A stretch of 57,605 bases of DNA from Fluviicola sp. (GCA_044377135.1 JBILJP010000001.1:1-57605); one strand, 5' to 3'; shown: positions 20,650 to 31,675, numbered from the stretch's first letter. The notes: generated by a model from the sequence alone, not told the origin. Program-made: numbers and translations.

Positions 20650-21632
20650 AAGGGTAATGATTGGACAGTTACAGGATTAGATGTGTTCAGATTGGCATCA
20701 CGACATTCAAGATTTTTTCGATAAGCATCGTATAGGTGATCTGAACTATCTTTTTTCAATTCAATACTCTTCATAATGTTTGCTTCTTCAAAGAGCGACA
20801 ATAACCCTTCTTTAATTTTTTCTTCATCGTCAGAAACACAATAATTCAAAAAATCTACTAGGTTGCTTTTTTGACGCGTATCCACAAAACTATGTCCTAA
20901 AGGACTGAACCAACAGGATTCCCAAGATGATTTCTCGCTACTGGTTTGCTGAATATTTATAATCACATTTTTAATTGCGTAAGTTTTTCTTCTTTCCGAT
21001 TCTTCTACAATTACAGCGCCAAACTTACTTAGGTTCCAAACTTCAGATACGCTTGTATTCTTTATTGTAGCTCCTAGTTCCTTCATTATACTAGAGCAAC
21101 TTTCACGGAAGACTGTTATCTCGGCGTCAAGCATAATTGCCAATCGAATATATTTCTCAATTTCCTCGTGTGAAGAGTTTTGCTCTTCTGCAACAACGTT
21201 TAGTCTGATTTTAATGTTTGGTGCAATTTCCCTAACACTCAAAAGATTTTCTTTCACTTTTTTAGGTCCGTCAGTAATACGTGTAATACGTTCCCATTCT
21301 TTAGAGCTCATTGAATGGTAGCTAACATGAAGCTCGTCGAGTAATTTAATTGCTTCCAAATGCCTATGGAGTTTGTACCCATTACTCACCATTGTGATAT
21401 TTTTTGAGAATTCTCTCAACCCTGAAATAATTTCGTTTAAATCACTTCTAAGGGTAGGCTCCCCTCCAGTAATCGTACAGGCATTAACGCCCAAAGTACT
21501 TGCAACCTTCATTACTCTAGCATAGTGTTCAGGAAGCATTAAATATTTAGATGATTTGGAGCCTATGTATTCATTCAGACAAAAATAGCAGTCTGAATTA
21601 CAGTGTGTCACTACCACAAAACGTAATCTCAT
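20637..21632 (-). CDS. Radical SAM enzyme (MoaA-like N-terminus, no clear auxiliary cluster)
   Basis: CNSDCYFC, ITGGEPTLR, SNG motifs. Confidence 0.88.
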   Translation of the reverse strand: MRLRFVVVTHCNSDCYFCLNEYIGSKSSKYLMLPEHYARVMKVASTLGVNACTITGGEPTLRSDLNEIISGLREFSKNITMVSNGYKLHRHLEAIKLLDELHVSYHSMSSKEWERITRITDGPKKVKENLLSVREIAPNIKIRLNVVAEEQNSSHEEIEKYIRLAIMLDAEITVFRESCSSIMKELGATIKNTSVSEVWNLSKFGAVIVEESERRKTYAIKNVIINIQQTSSEKSSWESCWFSPLGHSFVDTRQKSNLVDFLNYCVSDDEEKIKEGLLSLFEEANIMKSIELKKDSSDHLYDAYRKNLECRDANLNTSNPVTVQSLPLWQK

Positions 21633-21880
21633 TTTATCCTTTTTATCCAGCAGAATTTAAAATAACTCATGCCTTTAAGAGCTGAATTAAGAATTCTACG
21701 AAGTGTATAAATTATTGGCTATTGAAGTCTGAGAAAGATTGTCCATTCTGAACCGGAGGTTTTGATAGACTATTCCTGTTTTAGTACAAGATTTGATATA
21801 CAAAAAGTCATATTATAAATCATATAAAGAAGATGATCAGCAAGCCGACCACCTCCATTTATTGAATTTTTTTATGCTAA

Positions 21881-23044
21881 TCAATAACTATTGGCAATTT
21901 TCCAGAACTTGGCTGAAGACGAAGATAAGCTTGTTATATTCGCATAGCTTTGGGGTGAATAACCAGAAGCATTTCTATAATGAGCCTCTATCTTAACAAG
22001 TCCATTAACTGTGGATCTTCGTGTGACTATCATAGTGTGGTGGGCAGAACCATTACTTATTCGTTGGACCACGTCTCCTACATTGAGAGAGGTAATACTA
22101 GTTGGCGTTGACGAAACTCTACTACTACTAGACAAGAATGCGTATAAATTACTTGCTCCTGTCCAACTTGGACTACGATAAGTAGAAGACGGAGGGGAGC
22201 TATAACCCATAGCATGAAACCATTTGTTTGTACCGCTCGTGATCTGTGTCCAGCCTCCCGCTTCTAAACATTGCGATACAAAATTTGTACAATCTCCTCC
22301 ATAATTACTATAATTAGGGTAATTAGAATTCGGATTAAATACATGATTTATAGCATACATTACAGAAGTAACACGATTATAAGTACCAGCTTTAGATTCT
22401 AAAGATTGTTCATCAACGATGCGTATCTTCTCTTTAAACCAACGATGAGGGATGCCCAACACATCTTCTTTCCAAGACAGAATAGTCCATTTATCTCCTG
22501 TTTTTCTTAAGATAATCTCTTTATACCAAACAGCTCCTTGTGACGGTGGTGTATTTGTTTCCTGAGCAGACTTTCCTTCAGGAGTTTCTGTCATAGAAAA
22601 CTTGTCATAGACATTCGTAAGAATCCATAAATCTCCAGAACGAATTAACAAACTTGGATATTCAGAGGACACATATCCTTTTTCGTCATATATAAACTCA
22701 CTCTTGTAAGCAATGAGTTTATCGTAGGTATTATAATAGGATGCTTCTCTGTAATTATCTATACGAGATTGTAACTCGTCTCCACCAGCAGAAATGTACT
22801 CATTCCATTTTGGTTTTTCATCGATAGCCATTAAATAATCATATTGACTGTTCAAAAACTGTTGAACTACAGGTTTGATTTCTTTAAGTGCCTGATGTTT
22901 GTTAAGTTTATCACTAGGTAAATCTGTTTGGTATGGTACGATATTGCCATTATTCTGCTGAATATCGTCTTTCTTACATCCCGTAAGAACGATTGTCGTC
23001 ATGATGAATGCCAACATGAATGAAAAGTGGATTGTTTTTTTCAT
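21881..23044 (-). CDS. Lipoprotein with C-terminal Amidase_6 (NlpC/P60-like) domain
   Basis: LTG-C lipobox, YNR..YA, GGDCTNFVSQCLEAGG, HHTMIV. Confidence 0.85.
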   Translation of the reverse strand: MKKTIHFSFMLAFIMTTIVLTGCKKDDIQQNNGNIVPYQTDLPSDKLNKHQALKEIKPVVQQFLNSQYDYLMAIDEKPKWNEYISAGGDELQSRIDNYREASYYNTYDKLIAYKSEFIYDEKGYVSSEYPSLLIRSGDLWILTNVYDKFSMTETPEGKSAQETNTPPSQGAVWYKEIILRKTGDKWTILSWKEDVLGIPHRWFKEKIRIVDEQSLESKAGTYNRVTSVMYAINHVFNPNSNYPNYSNYGGDCTNFVSQCLEAGGWTQITSGTNKWFHAMGYSSPPSSTYRSPSWTGASNLYAFLSSSSRVSSTPTSITSLNVGDVVQRISNGSAHHTMIVTRRSTVNGLVKIEAHYRNASGYSPQSYANITSLSSSSAKFWKIANSY

Positions 23045-23350
23045 AGTGTTAAATTTTTAAGTAAATACTTTCATTGGTTCTCATTTCTTAATCGAGGACA
23101 AAGTTTTTGGTATCATAGGATGAGATTCCTACGCAATGTTGCTCAAAAAACAATCATTGAAACTACGATCACATTGTATCCATTGGCAGAGTATTTTCAA
23201 GAGATTTAATCAATAAATTATTATTCAAATCTACAATGAAAAAACACTCATAATAAGATGGTTAAGGTCATTTTAGGAAGGCAAAATGGTAAACGTTATA
23301 AAAAAACATACACATGTTTGTATGATAATGACAAACAACATAAAAAATGA

Positions 23351-24109
23351 TTACAACAAATGATTTTTTACCTTTTCAAGATACTTTAAACCAATTGGAA
23401 GGAATAATGATTGAGAGTCATGCTCTTTAGATTTTCTATTTTTAGGAGGAGTAATCGCGTCAATCGGAAGACAGTTTTTGAGTTTAATCTCTTTCTTAGT
23501 GGTAGATATTTCGGCGATATACTTTATATTCACGATATAAGATTCATGTATTTTCAAAAAATCTCCATTTAAGAGTTTTTCGACTTCGCCTATATTTTTA
23601 GCATAGGTGTGCTTGGTTTTTTCTCCAGTTGTATAAAGATCGGTGTAGTTGCTAGATGCTTCTAAATAGACTAATGTATCAAATTCAATTAGTTGGCGAC
23701 CGTAGTTTGTTTTGATCGAAAGCCTCTTTTTGGTAGTGTTAAAGTGTTTTTCAAATTCAGCCAATGCAATACTCACCTCACCCAAATCTATCGGTTTAGA
23801 AATAAAATACAGTGCTTTTTTATTCAGACTGAACTTGGCATACTCGTCATGCCCACTTATTACTATAACAGGAGGTGGTTGAATATAACATGATCGTAAG
23901 GCGTCTATCAAATCAATACCATTCCTTTCTCCCTCCAATTTCATATCTAAAAAGATAAGATCTGGCTTTTTCTCCAAAATTAAAGCTAGCCCTTGTTGAT
24001 AATCTACCGCACTTCCAATTTTTTTATACTTTTTGTAGCTCCCCAAAACAGTAGTGACAAATTGTTCAACTGCGGTTTCATTTTCAATAATGACATAGTG
24101 GTACTTCAT
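23351..24109 (-). CDS. LytTR-family response regulator
   Basis: PDLIFLD, SKP, FLKIHESYIVN. Confidence 0.88.
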   Translation of the reverse strand: MKYHYVIIENETAVEQFVTTVLGSYKKYKKIGSAVDYQQGLALILEKKPDLIFLDMKLEGERNGIDLIDALRSCYIQPPPVIVISGHDEYAKFSLNKKALYFISKPIDLGEVSIALAEFEKHFNTTKKRLSIKTNYGRQLIEFDTLVYLEASSNYTDLYTTGEKTKHTYAKNIGEVEKLLNGDFLKIHESYIVNIKYIAEISTTKKEIKLKNCLPIDAITPPKNRKSKEHDSQSLFLPIGLKYLEKVKNHLL

Positions 24110-26148
24110 CGATTGACGGGGTATTGATAATTTTTAGGAATCGTTACTTTTACGATTGTTCCTGGTTGCAATATTTTATCTATAATTTCTAATGACGCTT
24201 TCAGTGTATTTTTTTTGTTAAGTACAAAAAACAACTTTTCATACGAACTTAATCCTATACCTTTTTGAAGTGGCTTACTTGTGTCCATTCCTTTTCCAGT
24301 ATCTTCAACTACAAAATAGTGATATTCTGAATCCTCATTCATTTCGACAACGATACTTCCTCCGTAAGGATGGTTTTTCCGTATTCCATGATTGATCGCA
24401 TTATTTACAAGATTGACAAGTAATAATTTAGGAACTGTAATCTCAACATCTCGAATTTGGTTATGGATGGAAAACTCAAAGGGAGTATTTATTTTTGACT
24501 TCTCAAATATAAGTAGAGTCTCAATTTGCTCAAGCTGAAGTTGTAAGTTTTCTGTAAGTACGCTAGTTAAAGATGAACGTATGATACGGTGCAATGTTGT
24601 CACGGTATCATACGCTTTTGATGATTCAGAATAAACTTCAAACCCTACTCTTTGCAAAATTCCAGCAACTTCATGGGGGTTTAACTGGCTATTAATATTC
24701 GAAAGCTCTAATCTTGAGATATCATATTCAAACTCCTCGATTTGCTTTTCAATTAGTTGTTGTTTTTGTCTCTGTTTTACTCTAATCCATAAATAAGCTA
24801 AAATTGACAGAAGAACGGTAATAATAATTCCCAATAGTGCTTTATAAGTATTGTTCTTTTGTTTCTCGATTAAAAGTTGTTGATTTTTTATTCTAGCTTC
24901 TTTTTCAGAAGTACGAAATTTAGTTTCATATAAGGCTATTTTTGATGCGTAGGCGGAATCTATTTCCTTTTTCGATAGATCCAATTCTTTCTGCTTGAAT
25001 GATAGAGCCTTCTCTAAATTTCCTCTTTCCTGCTCTAAAACGGCTTTCTTTTTATATAGATACAATTTGCTGGCATGATTTGAATCCAATATTTTTTCTG
25101 CTAAATCAAAATATTTCTCAGCTTTATCAAACTGCTTCTCTTTGGAATAAATTTCCCCCAATTCAATGTATAAATGTGAGGGGTCCGATTTATATTCTTT
25201 GTACAATTTTATTAATTCTGGTTCCAATTTATGACACTCACCAAACTCTTCAAGCCTTCTAAAAGAAGTAAACAAAGCATGTTTCGAATTAATAATTCCG
25301 TCTTTATGTTTATACTCCTGAAAAATCCTTAATGATCGTAAATTATACGCTTTGGCTTTCGTCCACTGCTCTTTTTCTTCAAAAACATCGGCTAGGTGAA
25401 GTAAAGAATAAGCTTCAGCAATTTTATCATTTACCTCTTTTGCTAATTTCATTTCTCTAGTGTAGTACTCAAGAGCTTTCTTGTAATTCTCTAATTTCAT
25501 AAAACCAGATCCGATATATCCATAGGTCAATAATTCTACTTTTCTATCGTTGAGTTTCTTTGCCAATTCTAATGTTTCAAAATAGTTGGTTATGGCTTTT
25601 TGATACTTCTCTTGGAGCATTAGGTTCAGTCCTAAATTGGATTGAAGGCTTATTAAAAGAACTTTGTTTTGGGTTGAATCTACAATAGGATTGTATAGAT
25701 TATTCTTTGCTATTGCTATGCTTTTTGTGATATAATATTCGGAACTGTCTAATAAATTTCTTTTACCATAGTAAATTGCTTTACACTGTAAAGAGCGTGC
25801 TGAACCCATAGAATCTCCAAAATCAATGGCTGTTTTGTATGCTTTGTTATAATTTGACAAAGCATTTTTTAAATCGCCAGTTTCTTCATAAATATGCCCC
25901 CTGCAATTGTTAATATACGTAATGTAATTTCCTAATTTAGATGTGGTTAGTTTTTCAGCATTATCATATAGATTTATGAGTTTTTGTGTTTCTGAAGGAC
26001 TAACTCTCGGAATTTCCTTAAACAATATCTCATTGAGTTTTTCCTTTCTCTGTTTTAAATCTTTAACCTCAGAACTATCTATCTGAGAAAAAACCATACA
26101 GGGAAAAAGGAATAATAGCAGAATGTGGAATTTATTGTTCAAAGACAC
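24106..26148 (-). CDS. TPR-sensor LytS-like histidine kinase
   Basis: TPRs, TM helix, SQLNPH, NNAINHG, EDTGKG. Confidence 0.88.
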   Translation of the reverse strand: MSLNNKFHILLLFLFPCMVFSQIDSSEVKDLKQRKEKLNEILFKEIPRVSPSETQKLINLYDNAEKLTTSKLGNYITYINNCRGHIYEETGDLKNALSNYNKAYKTAIDFGDSMGSARSLQCKAIYYGKRNLLDSSEYYITKSIAIAKNNLYNPIVDSTQNKVLLISLQSNLGLNLMLQEKYQKAITNYFETLELAKKLNDRKVELLTYGYIGSGFMKLENYKKALEYYTREMKLAKEVNDKIAEAYSLLHLADVFEEKEQWTKAKAYNLRSLRIFQEYKHKDGIINSKHALFTSFRRLEEFGECHKLEPELIKLYKEYKSDPSHLYIELGEIYSKEKQFDKAEKYFDLAEKILDSNHASKLYLYKKKAVLEQERGNLEKALSFKQKELDLSKKEIDSAYASKIALYETKFRTSEKEARIKNQQLLIEKQKNNTYKALLGIIITVLLSILAYLWIRVKQRQKQQLIEKQIEEFEYDISRLELSNINSQLNPHEVAGILQRVGFEVYSESSKAYDTVTTLHRIIRSSLTSVLTENLQLQLEQIETLLIFEKSKINTPFEFSIHNQIRDVEITVPKLLLVNLVNNAINHGIRKNHPYGGSIVVEMNEDSEYHYFVVEDTGKGMDTSKPLQKGIGLSSYEKLFFVLNKKNTLKASLEIIDKILQPGTIVKVTIPKNYQYPVNR

Positions 26149-26477
26149 AATATGTAATTATGAGAATAGCGATTAATCTTTTGATAATCATTAATAAAAA
26201 AGCATATAATTCAACCAATCTTAATGATAATCAAAGGGAAATTAGGGAAAATAATATCAAAAAACAAAAGAAACAAAGACAGAATCTCAGAGTTATTATG
26301 GGGTATAGTTTTATTCAGTCCCAACAGATTGTTTTCCAAATGGGGCAATACCTGTATTATTCACAACTCTCATGATACATCTTGGACAAACTAGCGGACT
26401 ATATCAAAGTGTAGTATGCTTTTTTGGACACTCATTGAATCCAAGAAAAAAGCCGGACATCTCTGCCCGACTTTCCC

Positions 26478-26585
26478 TTACTTTTTTGGAGGTTTTGGTG
26501 GGTTGTTCCCACGACCACCACCTGAAGGATTTCCAGTGGTGCTTGGTCCATTCGGAACCGGAGGCTTTGTTTCTGTTTTTGCCAT
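26478..26585 (-). CDS. 35-aa Pro/Gly-rich peptide MAKTETKPPVPNGPSTTGNPSGGGRGNNPPKPPKK
   Basis: Clean ATG..TAA ORF below the ORF-track cutoff; GC-richer than its flanks. Confidence 0.55.
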   Translation of the reverse strand: MAKTETKPPVPNGPSTTGNPSGGGRGNNPPKPPKK

Positions 26586-26772
26586 AGTGCAAGTTATTAA
26601 TTGTTAGACAACTACTTATGCGAATCTCATGCCACCAACATTTAACTGTCAGATTGTCAGAAACTTGATGATTTTTCAGTTAGTCGGTTCTGATTGTTGG
26701 AATTGATCTTTTGGAAATAAAAAACCGGACAATGATTTTGTCAGGTTCTCTTACGTTAGGTTTAGCTTAAGA

Positions 26773-28215
26773 CTATCTGTACTTTTTAACCAATCTAGTA
26801 TATTCCTTTCTGTTCCTGAAAGTTTCAAGATACTTTGACTGTTCAATATAATTCCAGTCTTTATAGCCTAAATCCAAAGCTTTATGTAGATACTTTTCAG
26901 TATTCACAAAATCTTCTATGTTTCCGTAATATTCAGCATAATTCATTGAAGTCCAATAAGTATCTGGCCACAACTCAGCACAACGATCTAAATATTTTAA
27001 TGCTTCTTGATCGTTCTTTAATTCTACGTGAGCAAAAGCTGTGTTGACTAGTATGGTAGAGTTTTTCATTTCACTGTCATACAATTTGGACAATTCAACA
27101 ACCTTAGAATAATTCAATTGATTAGAAAAGAATAAAATTGCCGCATTTTCAAATTTATGGTATCTATTTTTAGTTAATTGGTAAGCTTTGTCATATTCAT
27201 TTCTTGCTCCATCTAAATCATTGTTTTTCAAATATTCCTCTCCGTTTTTCAAGTAGCTCGTTACCTGAATAGCCTTCTCTTCATCATTTTTATTAATGAT
27301 TGAAGGAGCTAACAGTAAATATTCTACTATATTTTTGAACTGTAAACTAGTGTTCCTTTCTGCCAGTTTGATTAATGAGGAATACGAATTTTCTACTTGG
27401 CTCTTTATTTGACATCTTGCATTGATATCGGCTCCTTTTTCTTCAAGCAAGTATTTAAGCACATTCAAATTTCCTCTTGATACTGCCTCACAAGTAGCAC
27501 ACCATTCTGCTCCATTTTGTAGATAAATTCGTTGATTCACATTTATTCCAGATTCAATAATAGAATCAATCAGCCAAATTTTCCCCATGCTCACGGCGGA
27601 CCTCAATGTATGGGCATCAGGTTTAGTCCCGCTTTTGAGAATATCTTTGATATAATCATCGCTTTTACCCGATTCTATTGCGTTATTTAAATCACCAACA
27701 CTATAAACGTATAAATCTTTAAATAGATTAACAATATTCATATTTCGAGACATTTTAGCTTCATCAACAGCACTATTTCTGTTTGCTCCATGATCGAGAA
27801 GTAATTTAACACCAATTTCATTATTCAGTTTTATACACTCTTTGAGGTTATTTGTACTCACATCTTTATATGAATACACTTCAGCGCCACCGACATAATA
27901 GTTCACATGGATCAAATAACTAAAATTTGGATCAGCTCCCTTTTCAAGGAGTAGTTTAGCCAGATCATTTTTTTTAAGGCTTAAAGTATAAATCAAAGGA
28001 CTTACACCTTTTCCATCCAAGCCATTTACCTTAATATCCCATCTGGTATTTAAATTGACCCCTGCATCTAGGTACATATTTATTTTATCGATATTATTTC
28101 CATCGATCGCTTCCCGCAAAAACTTCTGTAGCCGATCAGAATCTTGGCTATAAACTCTTCCGCTGATCAGCAGAACTATAATCATTACCAGTTTTTTTAA
28201 ATCGAAATTCCTCAT
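26773..28215 (-). CDS. Secreted ankyrin-repeat plus TPR protein
   Basis: Signal peptide, LLLEKGADPN and LLEEKGADIN repeats, C-terminal TPRs. Confidence 0.85.
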   Translation of the reverse strand: MRNFDLKKLVMIIVLLISGRVYSQDSDRLQKFLREAIDGNNIDKINMYLDAGVNLNTRWDIKVNGLDGKGVSPLIYTLSLKKNDLAKLLLEKGADPNFSYLIHVNYYVGGAEVYSYKDVSTNNLKECIKLNNEIGVKLLLDHGANRNSAVDEAKMSRNMNIVNLFKDLYVYSVGDLNNAIESGKSDDYIKDILKSGTKPDAHTLRSAVSMGKIWLIDSIIESGINVNQRIYLQNGAEWCATCEAVSRGNLNVLKYLLEEKGADINARCQIKSQVENSYSSLIKLAERNTSLQFKNIVEYLLLAPSIINKNDEEKAIQVTSYLKNGEEYLKNNDLDGARNEYDKAYQLTKNRYHKFENAAILFFSNQLNYSKVVELSKLYDSEMKNSTILVNTAFAHVELKNDQEALKYLDRCAELWPDTYWTSMNYAEYYGNIEDFVNTEKYLHKALDLGYKDWNYIEQSKYLETFRNRKEYTRLVKKYR

Positions 28216-28292
28216 GTTAAAATTAGTTTATGGTTCATACTTGTTAATTAGGTATTTACACTATGTTTTGACCTGTGGCAAAAGTAATAAAC

Positions 28293-28332
28293 ACAACCAA
28301 AAAAGCAACGTATAAGTTGCCTTTTTGGTTGT
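28293..28332. promoter_or_regulatory. Inverted repeat (putative operator) between the divergent ankyrin and XRE genes
   Basis: acaaccaaaaaagcaac-N6-gttgcctttttggttgt, 1 mismatch. Confidence 0.5.
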
Positions 28333-28355
28333 AAAAAGACCCGATTTTCGTTTCT

Positions 28356-28607
28356 ATGGAAGAAACGGATAAGTTGCAGAAAGAATTCCTTCAGATAGTA
28401 GGAAAAAACATCCGTGAAATCCGGATTAAAAAAGGATTAAGCCAATCAGAAGTAGCAAATCGATGTGGTAAGGAACGTCAATCGTATCAGCGTGTGGAGA
28501 CAGGCAACATCAACGCAACCATTTGGTATTTGCAACATATCGCTCAGGCATTGGGAGTGGAACTGAAGGAATTGGTGGATGTTTCTTTTTCGAAGTCGAT
28601 AAGTTGA
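28356..28607 (+). CDS. XRE-family HTH regulator
   Basis: GKNIREIRIKKGLSQSEVA...RVETG..N...IAQALGV. Confidence 0.92.
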   Translation: MEETDKLQKEFLQIVGKNIREIRIKKGLSQSEVANRCGKERQSYQRVETGNINATIWYLQHIAQALGVELKELVDVSFSKSIS

Positions 28608-28680
28608 ATTAAGGCCATTTTAATGACATTCTCTAACAGAAATAGAATTGCTTAGAAATTCCTCGTAATCGTATTTTCAT

Positions 28681-29916
28681 TCATTCAACAGGATTTGCAT
28701 AACTTTCTTTACAATCCTCACAATTATTACCAATCGTACCTTCTTCTAATTCAGTACCGCAAATACTACATATATGGTATTTTTTCGGGATGATGAACTC
28801 TGTAGATTCAAGATGTTCATTATCAAACTCTCTATTAATCAAGTATTTTAAACCGCAGCCTTCGCAGTAAACATGATCATCATAATAACCCTCCCACATC
28901 AAATTAATATCTAAACAATCAACACATTTGAAATACTCTGTACTGCAATATTCACAGTGGCCAACTGAAATTGAAGTAGTTGCCGTTAAACGAATTTTCG
29001 GGTATTTTTCTTCAAATTCTAGTTCCATCTGATCGGGGTCGAACTTTTCCACACGTTGATCATCTATCTGAGAAGAATACCTAAATATAACTTCGCTCGG
29101 CCTATTGTGATTTCCAATGCAATTTTCGCAATAAATAATGTCTTCATTCCATCCATCATATTCCTCTTGCATCTCCTCAATGAATTCCAGTTCTTCTTGA
29201 GTAATGATGTCCTCCTCTATTGTTTTTAAAGCTTTTGCTAATAGTTTGTGAAAGGTGCTTTTTGTGCTATCAAACTCAGGAATTAGATCGGTATGGAGAT
29301 TAGTTTGGTTTTCCTTCTTCTCACAAAAATCTTCTGTGTTATAAGAAATAAACATGGCTCCTTCAATACCTTGTTTTTCTACATAATTTAGAAAGCTGAA
29401 TAAAATCAGTGCATCAGCGAAACTGTTTTTTTTCTTAAACGGAGCTTTTTTGCTTACAGCATATTGTCCAGACTTAATATAAATATCATTTCCAATCGGG
29501 ATAGAAATTGCGTGATTTGCAAACAGGTCCTCGATAAGTGTTATATTTCTGGTTACAGCAGTTTCTATATCAGTTCTCTTTGCTTTGTAATTAGCAATAA
29601 ACCCTCTAAAATCCTCTATCTCCTTATCCTCTTCTCTTTCGTCAAGCAAAAAGCTTAGGAAATCTTTATCACTGTTATCACCAATTAATTTTGACAATTT
29701 GTTAAGTGCTATTTCAACATCATGAAAATGCTTAAGCGTTCCTTGTCGCACAGCATTTTCTTTATTAGCAATCCATTCATTAACAACTAACTCGGGGAGT
29801 ATAATCTTGATATTGTTCTTCTTTACTTCTGTTTCAATGTAATGCAAAAGTTTGACTGGCTCAGTCCCATTAGCCAGATAAATCCAGGTATTCGTGTCTA
29901 AACAAATATGATGCAT
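28681..29916 (-). CDS. PIN-domain protein (DUF4935-like) with Cys-rich C-terminus
   Basis: LDTN, KKAPF, FADALI, ISYNTEDF; six CxxC pairs. Confidence 0.78.
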   Translation of the reverse strand: MHHICLDTNTWIYLANGTEPVKLLHYIETEVKKNNIKIILPELVVNEWIANKENAVRQGTLKHFHDVEIALNKLSKLIGDNSDKDFLSFLLDEREEDKEIEDFRGFIANYKAKRTDIETAVTRNITLIEDLFANHAISIPIGNDIYIKSGQYAVSKKAPFKKKNSFADALILFSFLNYVEKQGIEGAMFISYNTEDFCEKKENQTNLHTDLIPEFDSTKSTFHKLLAKALKTIEEDIITQEELEFIEEMQEEYDGWNEDIIYCENCIGNHNRPSEVIFRYSSQIDDQRVEKFDPDQMELEFEEKYPKIRLTATTSISVGHCEYCSTEYFKCVDCLDINLMWEGYYDDHVYCEGCGLKYLINREFDNEHLESTEFIIPKKYHICSICGTELEEGTIGNNCEDCKESYANPVE

Positions 29917-30205
29917 TAATTATATTTTAGGTTTTAAAAAGAAATTTAATCAAGAATGAAAATCACGGAATAAGAAGATGAATATTCAGTAATCATGGTC
30001 AAGAATTTAAACGTGAAATATAAGAAAAATAGCTAGTAAAGAAAAATTAACGTTGCTCCGATTTATAGCTGAAAAGTCGTCTTTCTTCTAAATATCAATA
30101 CTGCCTCTAGAATCCAATTCTAAAATATGTCGACAAAATCAAAGCGGTATATTTAATAGCTAACTTTCTGATATAATTCAGTTCAAAAACAAAACACAGC
30201 TTACA

Positions 30206-30763
30206 ATGAGTAATAAAAAATCGAACAAACTAACAATCGTCATAGCACTAATCATAATTACATTATTCTTGATTGGGGTTTATTACTTTTCACAACAGAA
30301 TAAAAACAGGCAAGAGAAGATTCGCCTAAAACTAGATGCACTCAATTGTGAGAGAAAAATCCTGTGTAATCATCTTGAAAAAAATGAATCAATAGAGACG
30401 AAAATTCGTCAGCAAAGTGAAAAACTCAGAAAGATTTTCGTTCGGATTCTAGTCTTGAGTTACATCATATTTAACTTATTATATCTGCTTATTTCGGGAT
30501 TTAATTTCACGGGGATGTCTAAAGTTAATGGTTTTATTTTTATCGCGTTGAACATTCTTTGGCTAATTTTATTTGGTAGAGTATTCATTTTAAAACGAGT
30601 AATTGAAGAAGAGTTGAATGGTTGGTCATACAAAATAATCTCAAAAAACAGGGACGCTAAATATTTTGGTGCTAAAAAAGAAGAGATAAATAATCGTATC
30701 GCTCAAATTGATCTTGAAATAAATCAACTAAAGATTTTACTGGATTCCGACTACAAAGAATAG
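30206..30763 (+). CDS. Membrane protein with coiled coils
   Basis: Three hydrophobic segments. Confidence 0.65.
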   Translation: MSNKKSNKLTIVIALIIITLFLIGVYYFSQQNKNRQEKIRLKLDALNCERKILCNHLEKNESIETKIRQQSEKLRKIFVRILVLSYIIFNLLYLLISGFNFTGMSKVNGFIFIALNILWLILFGRVFILKRVIEEELNGWSYKIISKNRDAKYFGAKKEEINNRIAQIDLEINQLKILLDSDYKE

Positions 30764-30790
30764 AATCCTAAATGCTAAGAAACTTTGACA

Positions 30791-31642
30791 CTAAAACAGC
30801 CCTACCTTCCCTCCATCAAACAACCACCATTCAAAGAAATTCTCCAATTGTAGTTCTTCCATTGACTTAAACAGAAAATGTGCTTTTGAAGAAGCAAAGC
30901 GTGGATCTTCCGAAATTCTTTTCATGGCTTTGAATTTATAGATGTCCTTTTCAAACACGCACAACACACGCGAACCATAATCCAATCCAAACTGGCGACT
31001 CGGTTGTCCGTTTTTGAGTGCTTGCAAATGCCCGAACAACGATTGGTGCACACGGTTGGTATCATCACCGTTGTACATTTCAATAGCGTACAACTCCTCT
31101 CTTCGTTTGGTTCTGATCAGACAAACACCATCAGCAATCAAGTAATTATTGCCATGAATCTCAATAGCAGATTCTGCTCTGAATCCTTTGCTTTTTCCCG
31201 TTGAGAGTTTATCAAAATAGGTGCGAAACAGCAAAACGCTCACATCGTTTTTGGATGCCCATGAATAGAGCGCAATTTGGACGTTGATCAGGTTGATGCG
31301 ATGAAAGTAGTCTTGCTGAAAGATTTGGTTGCTTCCTTTGGGATATCTAACCTCGAACTGTTCACCGTAGCATTCAAGGAGTAAATACACGCCATACGAA
31401 GTAAGGTAATGGATGCTTTCCAACTTCCCAAAAGTCGGGTGCACACCAAAAGTTATCGACCCAATCAATGGTCTTGAGCGGTTCTTGAGTTCAGCGAGCT
31501 GCTTATTCATATTGGCACGATCGGTCATGATTTTTAAAAGCAAGAGCTGACCGGTTGTGAGAAACTTGTAAGTTGCCAAAGCACGCAGCACTTTATCTTG
31601 GCAGAGTGTAATGCGGTGAAAATGGAGTGGTTCTTTCATCAT
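30791..31642 (-). CDS. Replication-relaxation (Replic_Relax)-like putative relaxase
   Basis: N-terminal wHTH (YKFLTTGQL), HYLT, YFHR, IADG and AIEMYNG nuclease-like motifs; directly downstream of the coupling protein. Confidence 0.7.
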   Translation of the reverse strand: MMKEPLHFHRITLCQDKVLRALATYKFLTTGQLLLLKIMTDRANMNKQLAELKNRSRPLIGSITFGVHPTFGKLESIHYLTSYGVYLLLECYGEQFEVRYPKGSNQIFQQDYFHRINLINVQIALYSWASKNDVSVLLFRTYFDKLSTGKSKGFRAESAIEIHGNNYLIADGVCLIRTKRREELYAIEMYNGDDTNRVHQSLFGHLQALKNGQPSRQFGLDYGSRVLCVFEKDIYKFKAMKRISEDPRFASSKAHFLFKSMEELQLENFFEWWLFDGGKVGLF

Positions 31643-31675
31643 TTATAAGTTGTGTGTGTAAATAAATGGTGTGTA

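Noticed and set aside
20637-21632. Naming the rSAM gene viperin or moaA
   Set aside because: It lacks a recognisable viperin N-terminal motif, the MoaA C-terminal Cys cluster and Moco gene context
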